From positions 62,001 to 126,000 of the forward strand of contig JAQGDQ010000569.1 in NCBI GenBank assembly GCA_030141605.1: DNA of 64,000 nt, written 5' to 3'. Positions 1 through 12,679 of this stretch are shown piece by piece. The notes beneath the pieces were generated by a model that worked only from the letters and a program-made list of their open reading frames with translations, ran no database searches and had not been told where the DNA came from. Within the stretch, counting starts at the first letter, position 1. Each line of letters opens with the position of its first letter. Source of the stretch: Tubiluchus corallicola. Lineage: Eukaryota > Animalia > Priapulida. A program made the translations under genes and the position numbers.

Positions 1-250
1 AATAATCATTTAAACGCATATTTGAAATATGATAAATTCAATTTGTGCTTTGCTATTATATGGTCAAAAATGTGAGAAAAGGATAATGAATGTATCCAGT
101 TCATAAGCAGCAAACGTCACAATCAAAGCGTGGCTTGGAGTAAGAAAACTATGTTTGACTAGTTTTACCAAAACATTGGGAGTTATAATTATGTTATTAT
201 GTCAGAGCATTTGCAAAAACTTCTTCTTCAAAATAAACACTTCTCATTGC

Positions 251-686
251 TGGGGTAAGCATTCTCTATTCTGATAGAGAATGCTCACCCCAGCAATGAG
301 AAGTGTTGGAAATGGAAAGCGAATTTGAATAGAATCGAACTTGTGTCTTTCGAATTCGAATTGAATGGAAATTCAGTATTTCAAATTCAAATTGAGACTG
401 AAAGATTTCCGAAAAAGCTTTCGAACAACCTGTAAAAAATAGTCCTACAAAGAACAGGTATATTATTCGGTTTTGGTGTGCAGTAAAATTACTAATAATT
501 TGTTTGAAAATTGTGCATAGAAACTGCAGCTAAATTATGCCAATTGCATGATGTTACGAACGTTTTAATGATAAAGAAAGTATTTGGTAGAAATGTTGAA
601 TTATTCGAATCTATAGTTTTAGCTTCATGAGAATTCAAACTAAAAAAATCGTTCGAATAGAATTCGAACACTCGATGCTCATTCCT
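251..686. mobile_element. TTCGAA-rich hAT-type MITE (family copy)
   Basis: GGGGTAAGCATTCTCTA start, TTCGAA-rich body, ATGCTCATTCCTA end; same family as 60571-61001. Confidence 0.65.
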
Positions 687-1267
687 ACCTGTCACTCTCA
701 GTAGTTCGGTAGATCTCTTTGTCCATGGAGTCTTCCTAGGTAGACCAGAACGTTTCTTAAGTTGTTGGTCGCTAGTTAGAATAGAAATCACGTGGTTTAA
801 CGGTTGAACAAGCACACGTGTTGCTGCCATATAGTTCCGCAAAGCGCAAAAAATAGTTACCGCACGCTGCTGATGATTTATTCGTTTGACATGACCGCTT
901 TGTGCAAATGGCCACACAACCCCCGCAGCTTAGCTCCGTAATAGTGAACCTACAGATATCTAGTAACCTTGTTGAGACATTGTCTGTAAAAATTTCCTAA
1001 TTTTTAGGTATGAATTATCTAAATCGTTTTGGGATACTAAGTCACTAACACGCAAGTAACGGCAATTGTATACCTTCAAAAGGAAGATCTTGACAATAAA
1101 ACCAAACGAATAAAATTTTTTCCGCCTCAAGTAAACCGGCCAGTTTTTCTCCGCAAGGGTGTAATTCGGTACACCGCCTAACGATTTGCGCCATATTTCT
1201 GTACTGGTGTTTTCACCATATTTTTGAATTTTTATTTTTAATCTGTTGTCGTCTAAAAAAATTAGTC

Positions 1268-4200
1268 ATGTCTTATCAGAATGGGGGCGGTGGCGGCGAC
1301 CAGGATGAGTAAGTACTATTTTTCTCGAGATCACAGTTATTGTAATAATTTTATATTCCGTTAACATACTCTGAATGATGAGTGTGTAATATGTAGACAT
1401 GTTATACATGTCATCACGGCGTTTTAAAATCTGATAACATCGTTCTTTTACTGTTATGTTGTGTTACGTAACCTACGATGTATTTAGCATTTTTTTCCTT
1501 GTTTTTGCAGAAAGTTGTTTGTTGGTGGAATCAGTGCTGAAACGACTCAACGTAGGTTTTGAATTATTCTTTGTTTCTATATACATGTATAATTAAAGGC
1601 TTAGTATATGCAACTTTAATAAATTTTTTAACCTCTAAGAATAGACTTGAAATTTTAAATTAGAACTTTGCAAAACAATGAGAGGTTTATTATTAATGGC
1701 ACACACCTGCAGCACACCCTGTTGAGCCTGAGCATGACGACTCGTGTTTAGGCTGCCAAACCTTTTGGGAAATCAGGCTTATTTAAATATTCTCGAGAAA
1801 TGTTAGAAGGACCAAGCCTTCGGGGAAGCTAGGCCTATTTAAAAATTCTCGAGAAATGTTAGAAGGACCAAGCCTTTGGAGTAGCTAGGCCTATTTAAAA
1901 ATTCTCGAGAAATGTTAGAAAGACCAAGCATTTGTATTTAAAAATTCTCAAGAAATGTTAGAAGGACCAAGCCTTCGGAGAAGCTAGGCTTATTTAAAAA
2001 TTCTTGAGAAATGTTGAAGGACCAAGCCTTCTGAGCGGTTAGGCCTATTTAAAAATTCTCGAGAAATGTTGAAGGACCAAGCCTTCTGAGAGGCTAGGCC
2101 TATTTAAAAATTCTCGAGAAATGTTAGAAGGACCAAGCCTTCGGAGAAGCTGGGCTTATTTAAATATTCTTGAGAAATATTGGAGGGATTTTGTGCCGAA
2201 AACGTGAGAAACACCTCGTGAAATTCGTAAAATCACTTTAAAGTCACAATCATTTAATGGCTGGGTGCTCTCGCTTTGAATCACACGATTCTTCCACCAA
2301 TGATGTCATTTGTTGACTGTCGATTTGTGTCAAAGGTATGAGAAGTTTCTGCAAACAAATTAGACGGCTAATTTTTTTATTGAGTTAACCGGCGCACGAT
2401 TACAAAAAAGTTACGGGTTACTGTTATAAATTTACAAACGAATGACGGCTCCACTGTACATGAAAATTATTTTTTGTTTTGTAGACAGTTTTTTTAAAAA
2501 ATTTCTTATATTTTTTTTCCAAGTTTAATAGTAAAATAGTAATAGTAAATAATTACTAATGATAATAGTAAAATAAACCAACATGCTAAGTGACTTGTTC
2601 GTTCTTGTGAGTCCAGCAATAAAAATACTTCTGTTCTGTGTAAACCCCCGGTAATATTTTTTTATCACACACCTGGCCGGAAAATTTTACGTTTTTTGTA
2701 ACTTACACGATGGCGTGTTGTAAAAGTGTATTTCTTTTGTTATAAACATAAAATGCAATAATTATGATAACATCTTTGTTTCCTGAATGACGCTGGTATG
2801 TTTTTGTTGTGTTGTGTTTCTCTCGGAAGGCTTGTAGAGAAAACCAAAAAACATGTCGTCAAATGAAAGTAATTTATTAAGCGAGAATTCTACAACACAA
2901 AAGTATGAAGGAACGCGAAATGACTACACTAAATGTGAAAATCTGGAAAACGTTTGAGTGTATCTGAAAATACAAGTATACAAGAGAATGTGTAGGTGGC
3001 GTCCGTGTGCATCTGTGTGTCTCCTGTCAGCGGCCTGCTTTGCCTTATATAGGGAGCCAGGGAACATTCTAGACGTTTCTTTCTAGAACATTCTACAAAG
3101 TAAGACGATTATTCTAATGGAACATTCTACAATGTTTTATTTAATTCTAATAGACACCAGCGATCTCCACAACAGTTTTATACGTCTATATGCTGTTTTT
3201 CATATTGAAGACTAAAAGGTATCATATTTTCCCCAAATCATATATACCAAAAAAAATAGGTGAGCCAGATAAATAATACTAAAATCTCGGGAAAGTGCCT
3301 CCGAAAATTACCGAAAGTATAATTTAAAACGAAACTTAACCGAAACGAAATTTTCCTTTTGGTAACATCACTGGTTTACTGCCTGTTTTTGTTGTTGCTA
3401 AAATTATAAACCAAATTTTTTTCTTTTTGCAGAGGAACTTCACGACTACTTCAGCAAGTTTGGCACCGTAACCAAGACCATATTAAAGATGGACGCCAAT
3501 ACAGGACGTTCCCGCGGGTTTGGCTTCATATGTTTTGAAGATAAAGACGTCATTTCCACCGTATGTTTTAGTTATCATGATTATTTCATTATTTAACATC
3601 TTCATGAGCGCATCCGGTCAAAATAGGTTTCATAAGACCTGTGATTTTTCTACTAATGCATGAGGACAGATATGAGCACAGTTGTTACAAATTATGTACT
3701 TTTCTATTCCGGAGAATCTCGACGATCCAATCTTGCTATTTTTTAAATATTTATAAGTAATTTAGTTGGTTAAAATTAAGAAAAATGCCCTTTTCGGACA
3801 CCCCAACTTAGCCTATTGAGTAGCTTGGTGTGGTGTACACCTGCGTGATCGTACACACTATTTTATTGATCACCTGCTTCCCACAGCCCAAGAGAATTGT
3901 CTGCTCTACAGAGTTATGCAATGTTAAAACCTATAGTAAAAATGAACACAATTCATGAATAATTCCATTCACTTGTTTTTACAATAAACTAATTCAGGTA
4001 GCTCAGCAGAAAATGAGGCAATCGGTATTTCAGTCTGTTGATTACAAGGTGATTTTTTCAATGCTAAGATATTTCATAGGCTTCTTCCTAAGTCTTGAAT
4101 TGTAACATAGCTTAGTTCTGACATCTAAAAACATATTTTACAGTTTTTACTTTAACAAAGATATGAATAATTGTTAAACTAAATTATAAATAATATTATA

Positions 4201-7200
4201 AAGTAAAACAAAAGTTTTACTTTATTAATGTAGGGCTCTTATATTGCCAGTTCTACATTATTTTTACGTATCTTAACGTTGTTGAAATTTTTTTTATAAA
4301 ACGATACAAATCCTGTGCCTAAATTTCTTCTTCTTCTTCAATGAGTCATATGTCCAGGGACATGATTCTGCTCACCTCCCTATATGCCAGGACTCCCTCC
4401 TCGCCGCAATGCCCCAAGTACATTTATTTCTAAGGATCAATGCTGAAGCGTTTAAATCTTTCTGTGCAAAATCTAAATATGTTAACATTTGTCCACCTGC
4501 AGGTTTTTTAGCTGGTTCTATGTCTTGTTGAAGAGCTATCTTCACTGAAATATCATCAGGTAGTCTAAGCATATGCCCAATCCATCTTAAACGGCGTCTT
4601 TTTATTTTTCTTGTCCAAGGTTCTTCTTTTATTTTTTTCATATAAATCTTTGTTTGAAATTTTCTTCAAATGTTTCTGTAATTTCTGTGCCTAAAAATGC
4701 CTCTCTATGTCTCAGCAGTACGGCCAATCTTTGACGGCCACAGCAAAACAGTGTTGCATTGCATAGCGATAATAATACGTGCGAGAAAGGATATGACTGC
4801 TACTGCATTATTATTGACGACAGCTACCCATTTCAGGTTCTTGCTTCAGAGCACATGCTGAACGGGCGTAAAATTGATCCGAAACGTGCCAAAGGACGAC
4901 CCGGCCGGGAGCCGCAGAAGAAGGCGTTTGTGGGCGGTCTCGATCCGGACACGTCGGAAGAGGAGATTCGCTCGGTTCTGTCCACGTTTGGGCCGGTATG
5001 TACAGTGCAGCGCAAAACGTTTGAAACTTTGTAACGGTAGATATTGTTACAGTTTTTGCGTAATTTTTACAGAGATCTTCAATTTGTTCGTTCATTTTTC
5101 GTCATTTGGTTGTGTATTGTTAGCTGCTTTAGTTTGCATACCGTCAACAGTAAGCATTGTTCAGTTGTTTTTCATCTACATTTGTTTGTGTTTTGGTCAC
5201 GAGTTGTCGTTTTGCTGGCTGTCAAAAGATGCACTATATTGCAGCCGATGATTCCTTTTGCAGATGGCTAACACCTAGCCTGCAGCTCTTTTTCTGATCG
5301 AGCGCTTAAACGGTGCTGACGCCTGGTGGACTGGCTTCGAACTGAAGGTGGTAATTCCGTAGTCGAGATTGTCGGTTCACAAAAGTTCAGTTCATTTGTG
5401 CCAGTTTAAAGCACGTTTGCCAGTGCTTTCTAATATCTTTTACTTTTGCAGTTTGTTCAATAAAGTAATTCTTTTGCTCGTTTACAGTTTTTATGGGTCA
5501 CCTTATTGCAGTTCGTAGATGTTGCTGGATCTTCTTGCTTGTCATTTCTTCTGTCTTGCCAATTTTGATTCATCATTTTTGTTACCATTATATGAGCATT
5601 GCCCCGGCTGCCTACCTGCCTGCTGCGCTATTTGAAAATTTAAGAACAGTATTTAATATTTATACCTACCTATATCAGATAATCTGGCAAAACGTACGGA
5701 AGCCGCAGACGTAGGAACTGGTTCTAAATTAAGCAATGTTAACACACAAGAAAACCCTCCACTTACATGTATAAATCTTACGCCATTCGCCTTGAAATTT
5801 CATACCACGTACAGTACTGCTTTTTGCATGCAGGGCTTGCGTCGGCAGTAACGCTGTATAAAATGTGTAAATTTAAACTCCCCTGATGATCGTTATACTC
5901 GGTCGTTTTGACGAAACTGCCTTTTTGTATGCAGGGCTTGCGTCGGTAGTAATGCAGGATAAAACATGTAAATTTAAATTTCCGCGATGACCGTTAGACG
6001 CAGCCATTTTGACGATAAATCATTTGAAACAAGTGTAGATAACATTGAGTGAAGTTTGAAAAAATAATCAGAGCATTCGTAGCACACACGTCCTTAACTA
6101 AGTAAAATTTTAAATTACTGTATCTTGTCAATAAGTTTAAAAATACGTTTTTGGTTACTGGGTGGTGCACCCTGGAGGGTGAGTCAAGGACATTTTACCA
6201 ATTGGTGAAAACATTTTAAATATGCAACATTTTTCTTTTCTAGTTACATAATTTTTTCAAACAGGTAAGCGAAATGTTAAGTAATATAATTTTGCATGGA
6301 AAAAATTTTTTGGTACATAATTTAACATTTCCTTTTCTTCCCCTGATTTACATTGTGTGTATTTGAAGTCATCTAATGGCACGGTCGAACAGTATTGCTG
6401 GAGATTTAAAAAGAAAACAAAAAATCCTTTCAACGCGAGTACGATATACGCATAATTTTTTGAAGTTCGTACAGCCCTTAGTTCATTACTGTACATGACC
6501 CGCTGCAGCCATAAGTTTACATCTTTATTTTCATCGTGCAAAAAAAAGACAACAGCCCAGCAATATGGTAGCGCAGCCGGGAACTTCGTACATGAGAAGT
6601 AAGCCGTTCCGTCGTCTAACTCCCGTCTTTTTGCAAACATTTCAGGTGGAAAGCATCGAGTGGCCGTACGACAAAGTAAACAGCAAGAAGCGGCCATATT
6701 GCTTTGTTACTTTTGAGAGCGAGGAGGCCTGTTCGCTCAGTGTAAATGCGGGAAAACAAACAATCAATGGAAAAGAGGTAGGTTACGGGGGGGGGGGGGT
6801 TACTTCGTCGATGTAGGAATGACGGTATTGGAGGGCAGAGTCAATGTGTCCTAAACATTTATTAATTCAATAAAAATGATTGTTCAATGTGTTCCATTTT
6901 TGGAAACACCTGATTACCATCGTGTCTCTTGTGCCTTGTTAAGATAGTTTTTAATTTTAGATTAACTCCTTCAGGACCGCACCATTCAAAACGGCTCTTA
7001 TAAGACCTGTGACCTTTCTGCTACTGCATGAGTACAGACTTAACTAAATGATTACAAATTAAGTAGTCTTCTATTCAGGCGAATCGCGACTGTCCAATCG
7101 TGCTATTTGTTTAAATATTTATAAGTGATTTAATTGGACAAAATTAAGAAAAACACGCCCTTTTCAGGCACTCCAACTGCCATTCCAGAAAAACTAACCG

Positions 7201-10200
7201 ATCAGCCAACAGGGTTGTTTCATCTTTTAACAGGATTTTCTCATTAAAAATAAAGTAGGCTTGAAGCCAAAATGTATCAGAGTTTTGTGTCTGCATTGTT
7301 GAAATTTTCTGCATTAGCCGATTTCACACAAATGTTATACATTGTTACAGTGTAAACACTGCAGTTACTGAAAGCTTTTTTCAATTTTTTTCGTAAAAAA
7401 TAGATATTTAATTTCCAAGTCTAAGGTAAGCAAATGTCAAGTATAATTTTGCATGTGTGAGGAGTAGATACCTACAAAAATTATCAAATATAACATAGTC
7501 TTTGCTTAGTGAGAACAGTTTTTCCTGGACCCATGCAAAATGTAGCAAATGCTTATGGTCCTCAAGGAGATAATAATCAATAGATATTTCAGTTGCTCAT
7601 ACTGTTTTGCAGTCAATTGCTACATACATGTTGTTGTTGTTGGTTGTTGGCATCCTTCTGTCTGAAAGACAATGGAGTGTGCATCAAGAGAGTCAGTTAT
7701 TGATCACATTGATGGAGCTGCGGCGTCGACTGTGGCTGAGCAGTCCGATCTTTGAACATCTCCAGGGCGCACACCTGGGCAATATGTATGGAGATCTTGA
7801 GTTGCCCAGACAACAGGAACCCCCTCTCTTCCTCCCTGGTGTAGTCCAAAGGAAAGCGGAGTGATACTTTTGGCACCAGGTTGGCTGCCGGAGTCAGTGA
7901 GCATGCTACACTGGTCTGCCTTCGGGGCTCCACCCCTGATTTGGAAAGTTTACTCCTCTACACATGGCTGTTGGGTCACTTGACCTCCTCCGCCCTCTAG
8001 CCGTTGGCTGCCTTGTGCAGCTCCTCCGTCTAGTGGCGAGATACAATGTGGGCATCCCGCAAGTCTACAGCACCTGGTATTCCTAGGCGGTCACCCATCC
8101 AAGTACTAACCAGGCTCTACGTTGCTTAACTTCGGTGATCAGACGAGAACTGGTGTTTTCAACGTGATTTGGCCGTAGTCTACATGCATGTATACATGCA
8201 ATAATAATGTTCTTATCTGCTGTACAAGCAATACATGCAGTCGTCGACTTGGGGCCTATGCAACTTACGACTTTTCGATGCATTTTACGTTTTAAATTAA
8301 AAGATGCGCTTTGATTAAATTATGTTAGAGATTCGTAGTCTTTATATTTGTGTTTTGTCGTGATTGTTCTGTTTAAATTTTCACACAGTGTGACATAAAG
8401 AAAGCTACGCCGAAAACCGAAGAGGGCGGTGCAGGAGCCGGACGAGGCGGATTCATGGGTGGATACGGAGGCAGAGGTGGTCGCGGTGGAGGCAGCGGTT
8501 GGGGTGAGTAGTTTGGAATATTGATTTCTCTGTGTGTCTTTCCTCTGAAGTACTTCCTGCTTCTTGTTTTGTACAAACTGTCGCCACTGGGACATTGACT
8601 CCTGTCGCTTATTGTCCCGAGTACGCGATTGTAGTATTATGTGATCCATTTAATTGTCAGTCTACTACACTAAAGTACTGAATTAGTCTATGCTGCCATC
8701 TACAGTCGTTGTTTTACTCTAATTGTACAAAGTTTGTCAGAGATTGATTTTTGTTCCTAAATATTGTTTCCTTTTGCTTTGATAGATATTCATTAATCAG
8801 AGTAATTAGATTGTTAATTTCATGCTTTAATTCTGGTTCTAACTCTCTTATTCAAGTTTAAATAGAGAAAAATTATGACATTATAACACAGCTTTCTGTA
8901 AACCAATAATCTTTATTCTGATTATTGACTATCTATAAAAGCAAAAGGAAACAATATTTAGAAACAAAAATCAATCTCTGACAAACTTTGTACAATTAGT
9001 GTAAATCAACGACTGCAGATGGCAGCATAGACCAATTCAGCACTTCGGTGTAGCAGACCGACAATCAAATGGGTCACATAACACTACATTCGCGTACTCG
9101 GTACAATAAGCGACAACTCAGTAATTGAACGCGTCTATTCTGACGCGACGTTGTTTTGCTTCTGGCTGTTTTTCTCCTACTGTCGGTTTTCCAGGTGGCT
9201 ACGGCGGTTACGGTTATGATGCCTACGGGGGCGGATACGGCGGAGGATACGGAGCGTACGACTACAACAGCTACTACGGCGGTGGTTACGGAACTGGTTA
9301 CGGCTCCGGCTACGGCGATTACAGTGGATGGTATGGATACGGAGACCAGAGCGGATACGGAGGTTATGGAGGTCAGTTCTCTTTTTCCCTTCGTCATTCG
9401 CTCTGAGGCTCATTTCTTTCCTGGATGTTTTGATTTGTATCCTAAGAATGAAGATATTTTTGTGGGATAATTCCTTATGTAAGCGGAGGGTTGGGGTTTA
9501 AAGCACAAGGAAACCCTCCGCTTACATAAGACTTAAGAAATTCGTCTTGAAATTTTATTCCACTTACATGCTGCCTTTTGCCTGCAGAGCTTGCGTCGGC
9601 AGTAACGCTGTATAAAACTTGTAAATTTAAACTCCCGCAGTGACTGTTAGATGCAAGCGTTTTTGATGATAGGCCATTTGAAACAAGTTTAGATAACACT
9701 GAGTAAAGTTTGGAAAAATAATCAGAGCATTCGTAGCATACATGTTCTTAATTAAATAAAATTTTAAATTACTGCATCTTGCAGAGATGAGAATTTTTCC
9801 ACGGATACGCCAGTTTTTGGAAGACCAGTAGTACCATTTTTGTAAATCGCGTAAATTCATTGAGAAAATTTTTACGGACCCAGTACATTATTTCACAAGC
9901 TGACCGCTAGATGGCAGGCTGTCGCTTTGTTTACATGAATGTAACTGTAGTCAATTGCAGACAGTTTTTATATACTTTTGCATAGGAGCGGCCAGTACTT
10001 AGACATTTTTCAGACAATTAGGTATCATGTATCCTTGATAGTTGGGTATTTTAAATTATGCATGAAACAAGGTAATTGATATTTTAAGTCCACTTAGAGG
10101 CTCTCTGTGGTCACAATATTGCAATTTCAACCCCATTGCGGCCCCAAAACAAACAAAAATTCTTTTCAACGCGATTACGATATACATATAAAAAATACTG

Positions 10201-11537
10201 TAAAGTAACGTAATTTTTAAGGTGATTTTTCTAAAACCTACTTCAGGCGCCCCTTTTCTTGTCCTTTAAGTTAATGGGACCAATTTCTCCCAATCCTGTC
10301 CGCGCTAGAGAGTAGAATAATATATTTTTAGCTTTGTAGGTATGCAGATAGAATGATCGTTAAAAGTGTTCGCTGCCATTTTTGCTCGTACTTCTTGCAG
10401 CTGTTACTGCACTACATTGCCGTCCCAGTGTGCACCACTGACTCACCAGAAGGCACATCCCAGTGTGCACCACTCACTCACCAGAAAGCACATCCCAGTG
10501 AGCACCACTGACTCACCAGAAAGCACTCCCAGTGTGCACCACTGACTCACCAGAAGGCACATCCGTGTGTTGGTGTGGTTGGGCACATCCCAGTGTGCAC
10601 CACTGACTCACCAGAAGGCACATCCCAGTGAGCACCACTCACTCACCAGAAGGCACATCCCAGTGTGCACCACTGACTCACCAGAAGGCACATCCCAGTG
10701 TGCACCACTGACTCACCAGAAGGCACATCCCAGTGTGCACCACTGACTCACCAGAAAGCACATCCCAGTGTGCACCACTGACTCACCAGAAAGCACATCC
10801 CAGTGTGCACCACTTACTCACCAGAAGGCACATCCCAGTGTGCACCACTTACTCACCAGAAAGCACATCCCAGTGTGCACCACTTACTCACCAGAAAGCA
10901 CATCCCAGTGTGCACCACTGACTCACCAGAAAGCAAATTACTGATCTTATTGGCAATATAAAGTCACTTAAATTTTTGTCTAGTTAGTGGAAAGTGTACT
11001 ACGAATGCTCTGGTTATTTTCTCACACTTTACTCAATGTTATCTAAACTTATTTCAAACGACTTGCCATTAAAATAGCTGCACCAAACGGTCGTTGTGGG
11101 GGTTTAAATTTTCAAGTTTTATACAGTGCTACTGCTGATGCACACCCTGTATGCAATAAGACAGCATGTAGGTGGTGCAAAATTTCAAGATGTTTTTTTA
11201 ATCTTGAAGAGAACGTTTTCTTGTTCTTTTAATGTGGTAATCCTTTCCTTGCTTAATAAACGTAGTTAGAACAGACGGTTTAGCCTTGTGATAACGCTGC
11301 AGCTTTCCGTCTGGGAGGTCGTGAGTTCGACACAGCAGCCAGGTCATACAAATGACTTTAAAAATGGCACCTGCTGTTGCCCTGCCTGGCACATGGTATT
11401 TAGGGTGAAAGTGGGGTAATGATAGTCTCCGTTATGTAGTTGTAGATTGTTATTTACAGTCGTTCCAAAAGCGGACTTTATATAAAGATTGTAGTTGTTG
11501 TTGTTGCTGTTGCTGTTGTTGTTGTTGTTGTTGCTGC

Positions 11538-11576
<39 letters not shown>

Positions 11577-11580
11577 TGTT

Positions 11581-11611
<31 letters not shown>

Positions 11612-11638
11612 TTGTTGTTGCTGCTGCTGCTGCTGTTG

Positions 11639-11680
<42 letters not shown>

Positions 11681-12468
11681 TTGTTGTTGTTGTTGTTGTT
11701 GTTATAATGCCAAAAGTCTCGTCAATTTCGTCTTCAACAAAGAAGCCATTTTAGCAATATGTCATTTTCGTCTGCTTTGCAGTTTTCAAAAGCGATGAAT
11801 TATTATTCATATTCGTTCCGTTGCTTCAAAGTTTTAGCACTTTCTTACATTTCTCTGGGATAGGTATCAAAAATTGACGAAAAGTGACTTTATTATTCGG
11901 GATTCCCGCAGTCATGGAAAATACTTGAAAATACGGGCTATCCTGGAAACTCATGAAAAAGTCCGGGAAGAGGATAATTTGATAAACAGTCGGGGGAAAA
12001 TGATGAAAATGGGGCGAAAACTCGGGAAATTGGAAATCTTGCAGAGATAATTCATGTTTTTCCGAACACATTTTTCAGCGATTCGTGTTCAAATGACATT
12101 TTGCCATAATAGGCTCCCAGTTTGGATTTCTGTTGCAAATCTGTTGATTGGTCGACACATTATACATCATTATACGTATGAATTTCTATGCACAAAAATG
12201 TTTCAGTATATATACTGGTCATGCAATTTCCGCTTATCTTGGTCATGCAAAAGTCAGGGAAATTTTATTTTTAAGTACTGTGGGAACCCTACTTTTATTT
12301 TTAGTCACTAGTCTACGCTCGAGTTAAAACTACTCGGACGAGCGTGCGATTGCTAAAAGCGAATATAATCTTTCAACAGATCAAGGAGGTTACAAGTCCG
12401 GGGCAGCCGGAGCGGGTGGAGGAGGTGCTGGCGGCGGTCGCGGCGGATACCATCCATACCACAAGTGA
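1268..12468 (+). CDS. hnRNP A/B / hnRNP D (squid-like) RNA-binding protein, paralogue A; 8 coding exons, ~293 aa
   Basis: Exons with GT-AG borders at 1268-1308, 1511-1551, 3433-3560, 4837-4995, 6646-6777, 8389-8503, 9195-9371 and 12380-12468 total 882 nt in frame. RRM1 has KLFVGGIS...[10 protein letters not shown] and RRM2 has KAFVGGLDP...KRPYCFVTF. These are followed by RGG and Gly/Tyr-rich exons and a C-terminal RGGYHPYHK* (PY-NLS). Confidence 0.92.
1772..2186. repeat. Minisatellite, ~55-56 bp unit, ~7 copies
   Basis: Repeated AGGCCTATTTAAAAATTCTCGAGAAATGTTAGAAGGACCAAGCCTTCGGAGAAGCT. Confidence 0.9.
2805..3174 (-). mobile_element. Solo LTR
   Basis: TGTTGTG...CACAACA termini, 5-bp TSD GTTTT (2800-2804 / 3175-3179), minus-strand TATA-like motif (~3046) upstream of AATAAA (~2873), and TAGAACATTCTA repeats. 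Confidence 0.65.
4324..4684 (-). mobile_element. 5'-truncated RTE-like LINE 3' end
   Basis: ORF remnant [17 protein letters not shown]...RRESW, (GAA)n tail, and 11-bp TSD CTGTGCCTAAA (4313-4323 / 4685-4695). Confidence 0.75.
5760..6470. mobile_element. Dispersed non-autonomous DNA-transposon family (TTAA-ended, Kolobok-like); other copies ~9530-10270, ~10960-11200, ~17326-17870, ~48465-49122
   Basis: Shared GCAGGGCTTGCGTCGGCAGTAACGCTGTATAAAA...GAAACAAGTTTAGATAACATTG blocks; several copies end TTTTCTTGTCCTTTAA. Confidence 0.6.
6962..7573. mobile_element. piggyBac-like MITE; partial related copy ~3593-3810
   Basis: Left end TTAACTCCTTCAGGACC and right end GGTCCTCAAGGAGATAA form an imperfect TIR with TTAA-type flanks. 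Confidence 0.55.
7631..8180 (-). mobile_element. 5S-derived SINE (SINE3) with RTE-like 3' tail
   Basis: 5S head, ~430-bp GC-rich body, and a 3' end CCATTGTCTTTCAGACAGAAGGATGCCAACAACCAACAACAAC resembling RTE LINE tails. Flanked by a near-perfect TSD TACAT(A/G)CATG at 7621-7630 and 8181-8190. Confidence 0.78.
8062..8180 (-). rRNA. Full-length 5S rRNA-derived sequence (head of a SINE; probably not a functional 5S gene)
   Basis: The reverse complement GACTACGGCCAAATCACGTTGAAAACACCAGTTCTCGTCTGATCACCGAAGTTAAGCAACGTAGAGCCTGGTTAGTACTTGGATGGGTGACCGCCTAGGAATACCAGGTGCTGTAGACT is 119 nt of canonical metazoan 5S. No oligo-T terminator follows. Confidence 0.88.
8604..9116. mobile_element. Foldback element/MITE with ~185-bp inverted arms
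   Basis: 8604-8788 is the near reverse complement of 8930-9116 (TGTCGCTTATTGTCCCGAGTACGCGA...TCGCGTACTCGGTACAATAAGCGACA). Confidence 0.8.
10424..10935. repeat. Minisatellite, 35-bp unit, ~14 copies
   Basis: CCCAGTGTGCACCACTGACTCACCAGAAGGCACAT tandem; no unique spacers. Confidence 0.93.
11275..11703 (+). mobile_element. tRNA-derived SINE (Nin-domain-like core) whose (TTG)n tail has expanded into a ~210-bp TTG/CTG microsatellite
   Basis: A-box-like TAGCCTTGTGATAA, B-box-like GAGTTCGAC, core GGTCATACAAATGACTTTAAAAATGGCACCTGCTG...GCCTGGCAC, then (TTG/CTG)n at 11494-11703. Confidence 0.65.
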
Positions 12469-12679
12469 GGAAGTTGTCCGTTTGTGCATCCGACGCTGCA
12501 TCGTCTGAATTTCCATTTTTTGTAAATACACATCATGTAACTAGTAGACTTGATGGTAGTAGTAAGTACTGTAACTTGTATTCCTAGTGTGTATACTTCA
12601 TCGTTGTCATGGTAACCTCATTGAGAACGCCACGGTTTTGGACTACTTTCATCATATGTATCTTTAGTATACGTTTACT

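Noticed and set aside
8062-8180. Functional 5S rDNA locus
   Set aside because: Single copy, no oligo-T terminator, fused to a retroelement-like body with TSD; better explained as a SINE head.
10424-10935. 35-bp repeat array as a CRISPR array
   Set aside because: Units are contiguous with no unique spacers, the context is a eukaryotic intron, and there are no cas genes. The same applies to the 49-, 64-, 71-, 78- and 113-bp arrays.
11495-11707. Poly-Leu ORF (or poly-Gln on the other strand)
   Set aside because: It is the microsatellite tail of a SINE inside an intron, with no splice signals linking it to a gene.
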